Part shown: piece after piece, positions 1 to 9,073 of the stretch
Position numbering within the stretch: position 1 is the stretch's first letter
Layout of the letters: every line of letters starts with the position of its first letter
Source of the DNA: an uncultured Cellvibrionales bacterium
GTDB lineage: Bacteria; Pseudomonadota; Gammaproteobacteria; Pseudomonadales; Cellvibrionaceae
NCBI GenBank assembly: GCA_913020395.1
Contig: CAJWCA010000001.1
Span: 1 to 47,491, forward strand
Direction: 5' to 3'
DNA length: 47,491 nt
Translations under genes and position numbers: made by a program
The notes under the pieces: model-generated
Told to the model about the DNA's origin: nothing
The model's database searches: none
The model's input: the letters and a program-made list of their open reading frames with translations, nothing else

Positions 1-453
1 CACAATGTCAACTTCCTGAAATGCGTTCCTGCCCAGCAGGTGAGAGGGCACATTACCGGTGATGGCGACAATCGGGGTGGAGTCGCTATTGGCATCGGCA
101 ATGCCCGTGACCAGGTTAGTGGCACCGGGGCCTGAGGTGGCAAGGCAAACACCCACCTTGCCTGTAGCTCGGGCGAAACCCTGAGCGGCATGAACAGCCC
201 CTTGTTCGTGTTCGGTGCGGATGCAGCGAATATCATATTCCCGCAGCACATCGAAAATCTCCAAGTTGGCACCGCCGGGATAACCAAACAGCGTATCGAC
301 CCCTTCGGCCTGAAGTGCTTTGGCCAGCAGTTGGGCACCACGCAAGGCATGGGTGCGCTGTTCGGGTTTGATGTCACTCAACTGGCCGCCGGTGACGGTG
401 CCGACATTTTGATACGTAACATTGTCTTCGTTGTGATGGCTGGGTGTGTTCAT
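1..453 (-). CDS. Thiamine-diphosphate-dependent enzyme of the acetolactate synthase large-subunit family; N-terminal part only, as the gene runs off the left edge
   Basis: My own reverse-strand translation from the ATG (complement of 451-453) reads MNTPSHH...GAQLLAKALQAEGVDTLFGYPGGANLEIFDVL...HEQGAVHAAQGFARATGKVGVCLATSGPGATNLVTGIADANSDSTPIVAITGNV. This is the N-terminal ThDP pyrimidine-binding domain pattern of IlvI/IlvB-type enzymes. It is absent from the ORF track because it has no stop codon in the window. The track ORF 190..456(+) is its antisense shadow. Confidence 0.8.
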   Translation of the reverse strand, partial: MNTPSHHNEDNVTYQNVGTVTGGQLSDIKPEQRTHALRGAQLLAKALQAEGVDTLFGYPGGANLEIFDVLREYDIRCIRTEHEQGAVHAAQGFARATGKVGVCLATSGPGATNLVTGIADANSDSTPIVAITGNVPSHLLGRNAFQEVDIV

Positions 454-647
454 TGAAAAACCGTGTCGCTGAAAGGGAAAATGATGCCTTCACTTTAGTT
501 GAGCAGGGAGGAATTTTCTCTGCTTTTTTTGCTGGATAAACCAGCGTGAAGTATAAATATTAACTAAATGCGTAGTTTTTGGGTTTGGCTATTCTCATTT
601 TGCGCCGCTGCGCCTTTCTCAATGCGTCTGGGGTGTTGGGCTAGTGC

Positions 648-2066
648 TCAGGCTCCATTGGTCAAAACGAGTTTCCCCAGCTTTTTAAGGGCCTCTTTTC
701 GTTTTGTGGTCCAGGGGTGTGCGAAGCTCATTCTCAAAAAATTCTGATAGCGGTCTTGTGCCGTAAACAGGCGGCCAGGGGTGATGGTAATGCCTAAAGC
801 CCGCGCTTTTGCGTATAGCGAGACCGTATCCACTGAGTCGGGCAGTTCAAGCCATAGCGCTACCCCGCCTTCGGGTTGGCTGCAGCGGGTTGCCATTGGC
901 AGGTACTTTGGAATGAGTGTCTGCAGTTCCTGGCATTGATCCCTGTGTTGCTGCCGCATATGCCGCAGGTGGCGATCGAGGCTACCTTCCTCCAGGAATC
1001 GGCTGATGCCCTGTTGCAAAGTTCGGCTGCTGGCGAGTGCGGTCACAACCTTCAAGCGTTTGACTTGTTCCAGGTATCTGCCTGGAGCAATCCACCCGAC
1101 ACGCAGATCCCGCGACAAGGATTTTGAAAAAGAGGAGCACAGTAACACGCTGCCCGTATCGTCATAGGAGTGTAATGAGCGGGGGCGCTGCAAACCAAAA
1201 TAGCAGTCTCCGTAGATATCGTCTTCAATAATGGCGATACCCCTTGGCTGGGTCAGTTCTAGAATGCGTCGTTTATTGGCTTCAGGCATGCAGGCACCTG
1301 TGGGGGTGGCATAACAGGGCGAAATCATCAGAGCCTGCACGTTCCAATGCTGCAGCGCTAACTCAAGGGCGTCTGGGCTGATGCCACTTTCGGCAGAGCT
1401 TGGCAGCTCAAGGGCTTGTAAACCCAGGGTTTCCAGCAGCTGGAAAACACCGTAATAACCTGGCGATTCAACCGCTACCACATCTCCAGGTTGTGTGGTG
1501 GCCATCAGTGCCAAAAGAAGGGCATGTTGACAGCCAGATGTAATGACCAGCTCGTTTTTATCAATCTGGCTACCGCTTTGCCCGAGTCGTTGTGCCAGTT
1601 GCGTTCTTAGCGACGACAAACCCATAGGTTCATCGTAATACAGTTGCTCTGCACTGGATTGTTGGCGCTGTGCCCTGGACAGGCATCGTCGCAGCGCTTC
1701 ATTCCCGGGTGATACTTCGGTAGACGGTAACAGGTCGAAGGCGGCGCCCTGTTCCATAATGTCGACCAGAACCTGACCTGCTGACACCTCGGCAGGGGCA
1801 GATGTTGGTTGACTGGGCGCGGGGGACTGCAGGATGTTTTTCTTTGTTTTTTGGGGGGCGCTCACGAAATAGCCCGAACGTGGTCGGGCCTCTATCAGGC
1901 CTTCAGACTCCAGTCGGCCATAAGCCACGAGCACGGTTGATTTAGACACTTCGTGCTCTGCGCACAGTTGCCGCACTGAAGGTAGGCGATCTGCTGGAGC
2001 TCGTTGGCCCGACTTGATCTCATCCCGCAGAGTCTGCTCGAGCTGTTGGTATAGGTATTCCGGCAT
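648..2066 (-). CDS. MocR/GabR-type regulator (GntR winged-helix HTH fused to a PLP aminotransferase-like domain)
   Basis: The N-terminus, YQQLEQTLRDEIKSGQRAPADRLPSVRQLCAEHEVSKSTVLVAYGRLESEGLIEARPRSGYFV, is a GntR HTH. It is followed by a roughly 350-aa fold-type-I aminotransferase-like domain (SSFSKSL... lysine motif). I trimmed the start to the ATG at 2064-2066 (MPEYLYQQ), because the 20 upstream codons of the track ORF look non-native. Confidence 0.85.
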   Translation of the reverse strand: MPEYLYQQLEQTLRDEIKSGQRAPADRLPSVRQLCAEHEVSKSTVLVAYGRLESEGLIEARPRSGYFVSAPQKTKKNILQSPAPSQPTSAPAEVSAGQVLVDIMEQGAAFDLLPSTEVSPGNEALRRCLSRAQRQQSSAEQLYYDEPMGLSSLRTQLAQRLGQSGSQIDKNELVITSGCQHALLLALMATTQPGDVVAVESPGYYGVFQLLETLGLQALELPSSAESGISPDALELALQHWNVQALMISPCYATPTGACMPEANKRRILELTQPRGIAIIEDDIYGDCYFGLQRPRSLHSYDDTGSVLLCSSFSKSLSRDLRVGWIAPGRYLEQVKRLKVVTALASSRTLQQGISRFLEEGSLDRHLRHMRQQHRDQCQELQTLIPKYLPMATRCSQPEGGVALWLELPDSVDTVSLYAKARALGITITPGRLFTAQDRYQNFLRMSFAHPWTTKRKEALKKLGKLVLTNGA

Positions 2067-2212
2067 AGGGGTACAGTTCTTAAAAAAACGGGGGGAACAG
2101 ATGGCTCCCGCAGCGCATCTGTGCACTAATATATATCATTTTTTGAATCTGTACACCTTTTGGCCTAAGGCATAGACTGCTGAGCATTAAATCCAAGCTA
2201 CTGGTCGCGTCG

Positions 2213-3637
2213 ATGTCTGAAATGATTCCTGCAATTGAAATTGACTCCACGTCGGGTAAAACCGATTCCGGTGTCCGCTATATAGACACCTACCAGTCTG
2301 AAAACAAAATTTACACTCGTCGTATCGAGGGTTTCTATCAGCGCCTGAGGCGTTATACCGGTATTCCACTGCTCCTGTCCTTTTTATTAATTCCCTGGAT
2401 TCCCATAGACGGTCGACCGGCCATGTTGTTTGATTTGTCCGAACAGAAATTCCACATTTTCTGGATGACCTTCTGGCCACAGGACGGCATTTTGTTAGCG
2501 GGTCTGTTAATCATTGCCGCCTTTCTTCTGTTTGCCGTCACGGTGCTGGTGGGTAGGGTTTGGTGTGGGTTTACCTGCCCCCAGACGGTTTGGACAATGA
2601 TGTTTATCTGGGCGGAAGACAAATGTGAAGGCGACAGGAATCAGCGTATTAAACTCGACCGACAGCCGTGGAGTTTGAAAAAGCTGTTGCGCAAAGGCAG
2701 CAAACACACCATCTGGTTGGTGATTGCCCTGATAACCGGCCTAACGTTCATTGGGTATTTCTACGGTATTCAACAGCTGATCGTTGATGTGTTTACGTTT
2801 CATGCATCGGGTGAGACGTATTTCTGGGTATTATTTTTTACCGCGTTCACATATCTAAATGCGGGTTGGTTGCGAGAGCAAGTCTGCAAATATATGTGCC
2901 CCTACGCTCGCTTTCAGTCTGCGATGTATGACAAAGATACATTGCTGGTGACCTATGATCACGCCCGTGGTGAGCAACGCGGCCCACGAAAATCCGGCAC
3001 AGATTACCGGGCCGACGGCTTGGGCGATTGCATTGACTGTAGTTGGTGTGTGCAGGTGTGCCCGGTTGATATCGATATTCGCGACGGTCTGCAATACGCG
3101 TGTATCGACTGTGGTTTGTGTGTCGATGCCTGTAACAGTGTGATGGATAAAATGGGGTATGAGCGCGGGCTGATTCGCTTTGCGACCGAGGCTGCCATGG
3201 AAACTGGCCAGACTCGTATTTTTCGCCCACTCATGATCGGATACTTTCTCCTGGTTTTGATCATGCTTGGGTTTTTTGTTTACGTGACGGCTACTCGTAC
3301 GCCGGTGGGTGTTGATGTGGTACGCGACCGGGGTGTGCATTTGTTTCGTCGCGTGGGTACCAACATAGACAATGTTTATACCGTGAAGATCAACAACATG
3401 AGCCGCGGTGAGCAGACCTATACGGTGTCTGTGGAAGGAGCACACAGCTATAAGCTCAAGGGGCAGACTCGTGTATTGCTAGAGGAGGGGGAAGTATTGA
3501 CCGTTCCCATGCGTGTGCGAGTGCCGCAAGAGGCCTTGGCGAGCAGCAGCGAAGAGATTTATTTTGTTGTGCAATCCCAGCAAGACCCCTCCATTAGCGC
3601 AAGACAGAAGACCCGATTTATAGGGCCCAAAAAATGA
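2213..3637 (+). CDS. ccoG: CcoG/FixG/RdxA-family membrane 4Fe-4S ferredoxin-type protein
   Basis: Motifs: CGFTCPQTVW and CKYMCPYARFQSAM. Two ferredoxin Cys clusters are present, CIDCSWCVQVCPVDIDIRDG and CIDCGLCVDACNSVM. There are several TM segments and a C-terminal IG-like domain. Confidence 0.85.
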   Translation: MSEMIPAIEIDSTSGKTDSGVRYIDTYQSENKIYTRRIEGFYQRLRRYTGIPLLLSFLLIPWIPIDGRPAMLFDLSEQKFHIFWMTFWPQDGILLAGLLIIAAFLLFAVTVLVGRVWCGFTCPQTVWTMMFIWAEDKCEGDRNQRIKLDRQPWSLKKLLRKGSKHTIWLVIALITGLTFIGYFYGIQQLIVDVFTFHASGETYFWVLFFTAFTYLNAGWLREQVCKYMCPYARFQSAMYDKDTLLVTYDHARGEQRGPRKSGTDYRADGLGDCIDCSWCVQVCPVDIDIRDGLQYACIDCGLCVDACNSVMDKMGYERGLIRFATEAAMETGQTRIFRPLMIGYFLLVLIMLGFFVYVTATRTPVGVDVVRDRGVHLFRRVGTNIDNVYTVKINNMSRGEQTYTVSVEGAHSYKLKGQTRVLLEEGEVLTVPMRVRVPQEALASSSEEIYFVVQSQQDPSISARQKTRFIGPKK

Positions 3638-3710
3638 TTTTATGCATGAGTGAATAAATGGGAATCAAAATTGGGTTTGATGTTCGAGTGAAAAATAGAA
3701 AGAAGGTTTT

Positions 3711-5381
3711 ATGTACATTTACGATGAATATGATCACCGCTTAGTGAGTGAGCGAGTTGCGCAATTTAGTGGGCAGACTGCCCGTTACCTGTCGGGGGAG
3801 TTGAGTGATGAGGAATTTTTGCCACTGCGTTTGCAGAACGGCGTATACATTCAACGCCTGGCGCCTATGTTGCGAATTGCCGTGCCCTACGGAATGTTGT
3901 CCGCCCGGCAGCTGAGAAAACTGGCGCATATCAGCAGAGCCTATGACAAAGGTTATTGTCATATCACCACACGTCAGAATGTGCAGTTTAACTGGCCGAA
4001 GATTGAAGACATACCCGCTTTGCTGTCTGAATTGGCAGAGGTTGAGATGCACGCGATTCAAACCAGTGGCAATTGCATTCGCAACATTACCTCAGATCAA
4101 TACGCGGGCGTGGCGAAGGATGAGCTTATTGACCCAAGACCCTATTGTGAGATGGTGAGACAGTGGTCAACGCTGCACCCGGAATTCGCCTATTTGCCGC
4201 GAAAGTTCAAGATTGCCATCAGTGGTTCTGCGGGTGATCGTGCAGCTACACACTTTCACGATATTGGTTTGCAGTTGGAAACGGATAATCATGGGGCTGT
4301 GGGTTTTCGGGTATTGGTTGGGGGTGGGCTTGGGCGAACACCCGCGATAGCGCCGGTGATTCGGGAGTTCCTGCCGGAAAAATACTTGCTGTCCTATCTC
4401 TGTGCGATATTGCGAATCTATAACCGTCTTGGGCGACGGGACAACAAGTACAAGGCCCGGATAAAAATACTTGTACGCTCAATGGGCGTTAAACACTTCT
4501 CTGAAGCCGTCGAGCACGAGTGGCATCAAATTAAAGATGATTATTCTCCTCTCTCTGCGGAAGATGTAAGTGACATGGCATCCTTCTTCACTGCGCCCGG
4601 CTATGACATAGTGGACGAGCACAATGCTCTGCAGCAGCTAGACCTACAGACCCGCGGGAACGTCGCCTTTGAGCGCTGGTTGCTGCGCAATGTGAATGAA
4701 CACCGGATGGCGGGCTACCGAACCGTCACGCTGTCTCTTAAACCTTCCGGTGTGGCGCCGGGGGATATCACTGACAGGCAGCTAGAAGCGGTGGCAGATC
4801 TGGCAGAGCAGTTTTCGTTTGGTGAAGTGAGGACAACCCATACACAAAATATTGTTTTAGCTGATGTGAAAGTGAGCGAGCTCTTTGCGCTTTGGCAGCA
4901 GGCCAAACGGTACGGTTTCGCTACACCCAATATAGGAGCGCTGACAGACATTATTTGTTGTCCGGGTGGGGATTACTGTTCGCTGGCTAATGCAAAATCA
5001 ATCCCCGTCTCGTCTGCTATTCAACGTACGTTTGATGACATGGATTACGTTTACGATCTGGGTGACATTTCTCTAAATATCTCCGGTTGCATGAATGCCT
5101 GTGCCCATCACCATATCGGTCATATTGGTATTCTTGGCGTCGATAAAAAAGGTGAGGAGTTCTTTCAGATAACACTCGGGGGCAGTGGTGGAAGCGAATC
5201 ACGCGCGGCCTCAATTGGCAAGGTGTTGGGGCCGGCTTTTTCAGCTGATGAGGTGCCGCAGGTTATTGGGGACATCTTGCAGGTTTATGTTGAACATCGT
5301 ATTGAAGGCGAGTTGTTTATAGATGTTTATGATCGGCTCGGGAAGGGCATTTTTAAGCAGGGTGTTTATGGGAAAAAATAA
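3711..5381 (+). CDS. cysI: Sulfite (nitrite/sulfite family) reductase hemoprotein, Pseudomonas CysI-like
   Basis: N-terminus MYIYDEYDHRLV...RLQNGVYIQRLAPMLRIAVPYG...HITTRQNVQFNW, a duplicated NIR_SIR ferredoxin-like repeat, and the sirohaem/4Fe-4S cysteine cluster CCPGGDYCSLA...SGCMNACAHHH. Confidence 0.85.
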   Translation: MYIYDEYDHRLVSERVAQFSGQTARYLSGELSDEEFLPLRLQNGVYIQRLAPMLRIAVPYGMLSARQLRKLAHISRAYDKGYCHITTRQNVQFNWPKIEDIPALLSELAEVEMHAIQTSGNCIRNITSDQYAGVAKDELIDPRPYCEMVRQWSTLHPEFAYLPRKFKIAISGSAGDRAATHFHDIGLQLETDNHGAVGFRVLVGGGLGRTPAIAPVIREFLPEKYLLSYLCAILRIYNRLGRRDNKYKARIKILVRSMGVKHFSEAVEHEWHQIKDDYSPLSAEDVSDMASFFTAPGYDIVDEHNALQQLDLQTRGNVAFERWLLRNVNEHRMAGYRTVTLSLKPSGVAPGDITDRQLEAVADLAEQFSFGEVRTTHTQNIVLADVKVSELFALWQQAKRYGFATPNIGALTDIICCPGGDYCSLANAKSIPVSSAIQRTFDDMDYVYDLGDISLNISGCMNACAHHHIGHIGILGVDKKGEEFFQITLGGSGGSESRAASIGKVLGPAFSADEVPQVIGDILQVYVEHRIEGELFIDVYDRLGKGIFKQGVYGKK

Positions 5382-5414
5382 CTAAGAATTGGGGCTACTT
5401 ATCTCCGTCTTCAA

Positions 5415-6179
5415 TTAGTGGTTTGTATAAAGAGAAATAATCTCGTCAATTCTACCGTTGTTAATCAGTCGGCTGTGTTCTTCATCAATGGCCTGAAAAA
5501 CAGCTTTAGAGACATTCTTTTTGCTGAGTGTTATGTAGAGTGGTTGTTGGCCGGAGCTTAAGCGAAATGCCAATTTGATGGTGTCGCCAAGCCCTTTAAC
5601 TTTAATGCGATGGTCGGCAACTCGCTGTGCAACAATGATGGCGTCAAGTCTTCCCAGTGCCAACATAGGGTAGAGTTGCTCGGCACTATTGACATGGACC
5701 TTGTTCATGATTTGGTCCTGGTCTAACCGGGGGAAGTGCGCGGCATTGCTAATTAAACCAACCCGTTCTAAACCGAGCAGGTCTTCGTAGCTTGTCATTT
5801 TGTGCTGATCTTCAGCCCTGGTGTAAACCGCTGTAGGATTCTCGCTAATGTACGGCATAGACAGATAATAAAGATAAGGCTCCCGAGCCTCTCTTTTGTT
5901 AGTAAAACTCAGTATGTCAATTTTGCCCTGTTTAATTTGCTTCAAGCATGAATGCCATGCGCAGTACTTAAACTTCAGTGATATACCCAGGTTTTCGGTG
6001 ATCTCCTTGAGAATCAGGATGTCGATTCCCTCACTGGCGTCCGCATCAAAGTTGTCACCGGGAATGATAAAGGGCGGTGCCGTGTGTACGGCGGCAATGA
6101 GTTCGTTTGTGTTCGCTTTGGGTGTCAGCGCGAGTAGTGCGAAGATTAGGCTGGCCAGGAGAGGGGGCTTACTCATCAT
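5415..6179 (-). CDS. Periplasmic solute-binding protein, family 3 (amino-acid-binding type), orphan with no ABC permease or ATPase nearby
   Basis: Signal peptide MMSKPPLLASLIFALLALTPKA. Size of about 250 aa and a two-lobe SBP_bac_3-like pattern (APPFII, GIDILILKEI, GKIDIL, GRLDAIIV). Confidence 0.7.
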   Translation of the reverse strand: MMSKPPLLASLIFALLALTPKANTNELIAAVHTAPPFIIPGDNFDADASEGIDILILKEITENLGISLKFKYCAWHSCLKQIKQGKIDILSFTNKREAREPYLYYLSMPYISENPTAVYTRAEDQHKMTSYEDLLGLERVGLISNAAHFPRLDQDQIMNKVHVNSAEQLYPMLALGRLDAIIVAQRVADHRIKVKGLGDTIKLAFRLSSGQQPLYITLSKKNVSKAVFQAIDEEHSRLINNGRIDEIISLYTNH

Positions 6180-6426
6180 ATCTTGGTCTGCATCACTGGT
6201 TTGGCTCGGGTATTCGTTTCAAATAATACAACAATTCTGTAATCCACCGGCAAATGGTTTTCAACTTGCGCCCCACAATAGTAATGTGATTAGTCGAATA
6301 GAGTCAAACTTCCCGCGTGGCATATAAACCGTTTGTATTCTCCGTCTATGGCAGGCACTTTTAAACTATAGAAGTCAGTATAAAAAAGTCAAAAGTGTGT
6401 TGATGCATGAAGAGTGTCTTGCAGGA

Positions 6427-6843
6427 TTATTGTTGTTTAACAAACTTCTTAACGATCGCTTTACGTGCGGCTGCCACATCGGGCAGGGTCTTGCTGCGCA
6501 CAGCGCTCACTTCAGTAGCAGTGTACAAGACAAAGTCCGCGGGCAACTCCTTCTTGCTTTTGGTCAGAAGAATCCAGTTTAACAGCTCCGCCAGGGCCTC
6601 GTCGTTCAGTGGAGCATTGGCAGATCCGGGCACCTGAACCAGAAACTCCCTGCCTCCTGGCACACCGATGAACTGACCCACAAAGTTTTGCATGTTGGGA
6701 ACACTGCCTGGCAGGCCGCTGCCATCGCCTTGGTGACAGCCCTGGCAATTGAGCATGTAGTTCGCTTCGGCCCTTTTTTCATCGACGGCAGCGGTACACA
6801 CCATCGTTATGCCTGAGAGAATTACCGCCAGCAGTGTTTTCAT
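6427..6843 (-). CDS. Monohaem c-type cytochrome, periplasmic
   Basis: Signal peptide MKTLLAVILSGITMVCTAA and a single CQGCH haem-binding motif. It is a paralogue of the upstream cytochrome (shared ...DGxGxPGxxPn/l... and ...LxDxLNw/y... blocks). I trimmed the start to the ATG at 6841-6843, because the track ORF extension overlaps the upstream gene. Confidence 0.75.
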   Translation of the reverse strand: MKTLLAVILSGITMVCTAAVDEKRAEANYMLNCQGCHQGDGSGLPGSVPNMQNFVGQFIGVPGGREFLVQVPGSANAPLNDEALAELLNWILLTKSKKELPADFVLYTATEVSAVRSKTLPDVAAARKAIVKKFVKQQ

Positions 6844-6853
6844 TGGGCGCTCC

Positions 6854-7342
6854 TTAAAAAAGTTCAGGGTAGGTTGCTGCCAAGGGTAAGCGCAGGCTTG
6901 CGGAATGGGCAGCGCTGCTTTTAGTGGATTTTGCCTTAATGGCGGCCACCTCCTCTGCGGTATAGGGCTTCCAGTCTTTGGCGACGTGCTTTGCATCCAA
7001 AACCAGAACCGAGTAGTTCAGCACGTCACTTAAGCTCTGATCATCAAGCCCCGCACCTTGGGCTGGCATTACCCCCATGTAGGGCGTACCGCCAACGTTT
7101 ATGGGACCCATTAGCCCAGCGTCTATCACTTCCACCAGGTAGTTGCGACCCAGATCAGTGGCGGCAATACCCGCCATACGATTTTTGAGTGGAGGGAAAG
7201 CCCCTGGAATGCCCTGGCCGTCAGTCAGGTGGCAGGCAACGCAGCGTTGAAAGGGCTTGCTGCCGGCGTGTTGTTTTTCGGCCTGGGCAACACTTGCGCA
7301 GAGTAATATCGCGGCTATGGCTATCGAAAAGCGCGTCGTCAT
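6854..7342 (-). CDS. Monohaem c-type cytochrome, periplasmic
   Basis: Signal peptide MTTRFSIAIAAILLCASVAQA and the CVACH haem motif. Its start overlaps the mauA-like stop by 4 nt (ATGA), which suggests translational coupling. Confidence 0.8.
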   Translation of the reverse strand: MTTRFSIAIAAILLCASVAQAEKQHAGSKPFQRCVACHLTDGQGIPGAFPPLKNRMAGIAATDLGRNYLVEVIDAGLMGPINVGGTPYMGVMPAQGAGLDDQSLSDVLNYSVLVLDAKHVAKDWKPYTAEEVAAIKAKSTKSSAAHSASLRLPLAATYPELF

Positions 7343-7905
7343 TTGTTTGCTCCCTGATCCATTGCCACACCCAATATCACAGCCGTTGAACAGGTGTATA
7401 CATTGCTCTCAGTTCCCAGACACCAGTTGGTATCGTTATTGGTTTGTGCTCTGTAAATAGGTGTATCGTTTTCATTGCGATTGCACATGCAGCGCCCGCA
7501 GCTGGTTTTACCACAACAGTCATTGTAGGAAATGATGTAGTGAACACCGTCAGCGGGGTTTTGACAGGTACCAATCCAGGTAATTGGCGACATTTCGGTG
7601 CCGGGGGGGCAGCTGTTTTGGGTGCCTCCACAACAACTGCATAGGAATCCGTCAATGGCGCAGTAGCGCCAATAGTCACAGCTGGACGGATCGCCAGGGT
7701 CGCCGGCATTGCCGGTTGTTTGGGGTGCGACACCGGGGTAACCATTGCTGGCGCTGGGTGCAGCGCTGGCTCTGGAAACCGGTAGCAGTGGCATGCTTGC
7801 ACCCACAACCATAAGGGAGCCCAGTCGAGTGAGCAGGCTTCTGCGCGAGGTCTGTTGCGCTAGAGAGCGGGAGGATTTCTCGGTTAATTTATCGAGCCAG
7901 GTCAT
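7339..7905 (-). CDS. mauA: TTQ amine dehydrogenase light (small) subunit, MauA/AauA family
   Basis: Long Tat-type leader (SRRSLLTRLG...ASAAP). The Cys-rich mature domain CDYWRYCAIDGFLCSCCGG...CPPGTEMSPITWIGTCQNP...YNDCCGK...GRCMC...NDTNWCLG matches the MauA pattern. Both TTQ tryptophans are in their conserved contexts (ITW, TNWC). Confidence 0.9.
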   Translation of the reverse strand: MTWLDKLTEKSSRSLAQQTSRRSLLTRLGSLMVVGASMPLLPVSRASAAPSASNGYPGVAPQTTGNAGDPGDPSSCDYWRYCAIDGFLCSCCGGTQNSCPPGTEMSPITWIGTCQNPADGVHYIISYNDCCGKTSCGRCMCNRNENDTPIYRAQTNNDTNWCLGTESNVYTCSTAVILGVAMDQGANK

Positions 7906-7914
7906 GTCAGTCTC

Positions 7915-8535
7915 CTACGCCGCGTTGCTGTTGGATGTGCCGGGGGCGGCATTAAAATAATCCTGGATCGATGGGATACCCAGTTCCTTTGACTCAAATA
8001 AACTTTCAATATGTTCACGGGAGTTTACTAGTCCGTGGGAGGCTATGATTCCCTGCTCGTCAATCAATACAGCAAAGGGCAGCTTGGCCACGCCGTATCG
8101 CACACCCAGGTTTTTCGAAGATACATACTGCGCGTCTTCGAGACCATTTTGATGAATGTAGTTTTGATGTAGTGCCAGTTCGCCATCACTGGCGAAAATG
8201 ACGTCCATCCAGCTCGATTCTGCAGACTGGGCGGACCGCAAGCTCGGAAGTAAAGACTTACAAACTGGACAGTCTGGCGACATAAAAAACAGCAGCTGAC
8301 TTCGCCCTTTGGCGGGTTGGCCGGCCGTGATGGTTTTCCCGGAATTAAGGTCCTGCACGGGTACGTGTGGCGCATCTGCGCCGACTTCTAATGTTTGGTT
8401 CATCATCAGGGCGCCGGCGGGGGCCACTCTCTCATAGAGCACACCTATTTGACGGGTTAAGGCAAACACCAATACCGACAGCCCTAATAGCAGTACCCAT
8501 AATACAAGATTAGAAATGATCAGAATGTTATACAT
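7915..8535 (-). CDS. mauD: MauD-type thioredoxin-like protein for small-subunit maturation
   Basis: One N-terminal TM segment, a CPVC redox motif, GVLYERVAPAGALM and LVNSREHIESL blocks typical of MauD, and a position between mauE and mauA. Confidence 0.8.
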   Translation of the reverse strand: MYNILIISNLVLWVLLLGLSVLVFALTRQIGVLYERVAPAGALMMNQTLEVGADAPHVPVQDLNSGKTITAGQPAKGRSQLLFFMSPDCPVCKSLLPSLRSAQSAESSWMDVIFASDGELALHQNYIHQNGLEDAQYVSSKNLGVRYGVAKLPFAVLIDEQGIIASHGLVNSREHIESLFESKELGIPSIQDYFNAAPGTSNSNAA

Positions 8536-9067
8536 GATTGTGTACCTTTTGTTGTAGTTTGTTGTTGGTGCGCAGTTGTGTAAGAGAGTGGTAGAAGAAG
8601 ATAAAAACGACGGTGCTGGCCAGAGCCAGACTCCACGTTCCGAGACTAGTCGGGAGAAGCGTGCTGAAGTATCCCACCCAGCCGGCCATCATTACTAAGC
8701 CGACATTTCGGCCCACTAACCACAGACTGATCCCTTCTGATCGGGCGGGTCCGTTACACCCGCAATCTATATCGACCCTGCCTCTTTGAATATTGATCAG
8801 CATGCCGGCAGTGTAGGCGCTTAGAAGAAAAACCATGCCCGGTAATGCAAACTCTCTAGCAGCAGGAATGAGTAACGCGATGCCCAGTGTTATTTCTAAC
8901 AATGGAAGACTTTGCCCTAAAGGCCTGAGTAAGCCCTCGGGTACAACTCGATAGTTTTCAAGCGCCGCCCGAAAATGTTGAGGTGCGGAAAACTTATGCA
9001 GGGCGCTGTCCACAAACACATAACTTAAACTCAGAACCGCAACGGCGCTTATAAAAGACAGAATCAT
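8528..9067 (-). CDS. mauE: MauE-type integral membrane protein (DoxX-like)
   Basis: A four-TM protein of about 180 aa located between mauB and mauD. It overlaps mauD by 8 nt. Confidence 0.75.
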   Translation of the reverse strand: MILSFISAVAVLSLSYVFVDSALHKFSAPQHFRAALENYRVVPEGLLRPLGQSLPLLEITLGIALLIPAAREFALPGMVFLLSAYTAGMLINIQRGRVDIDCGCNGPARSEGISLWLVGRNVGLVMMAGWVGYFSTLLPTSLGTWSLALASTVVFIFFYHSLTQLRTNNKLQQKVHNHV

Positions 9068-9073
9068 GGCCGC

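Noticed and set aside
190-456. 88-aa ORF on the plus strand at the left edge
   Set aside because: It lies antisense to a reading frame that translates into an unmistakable ThDP-enzyme N-terminal domain (1..453, minus strand). It is a shadow ORF.
502-530. Hairpin (AGCAGGG...CTCTGCT) followed by TTTTTT, resembling an intrinsic terminator
   Set aside because: It is oriented for plus-strand transcription, but both neighbouring genes are on the minus strand. On the minus strand the T-run precedes the stem. Its function is unclear, so it is not annotated as a terminator.
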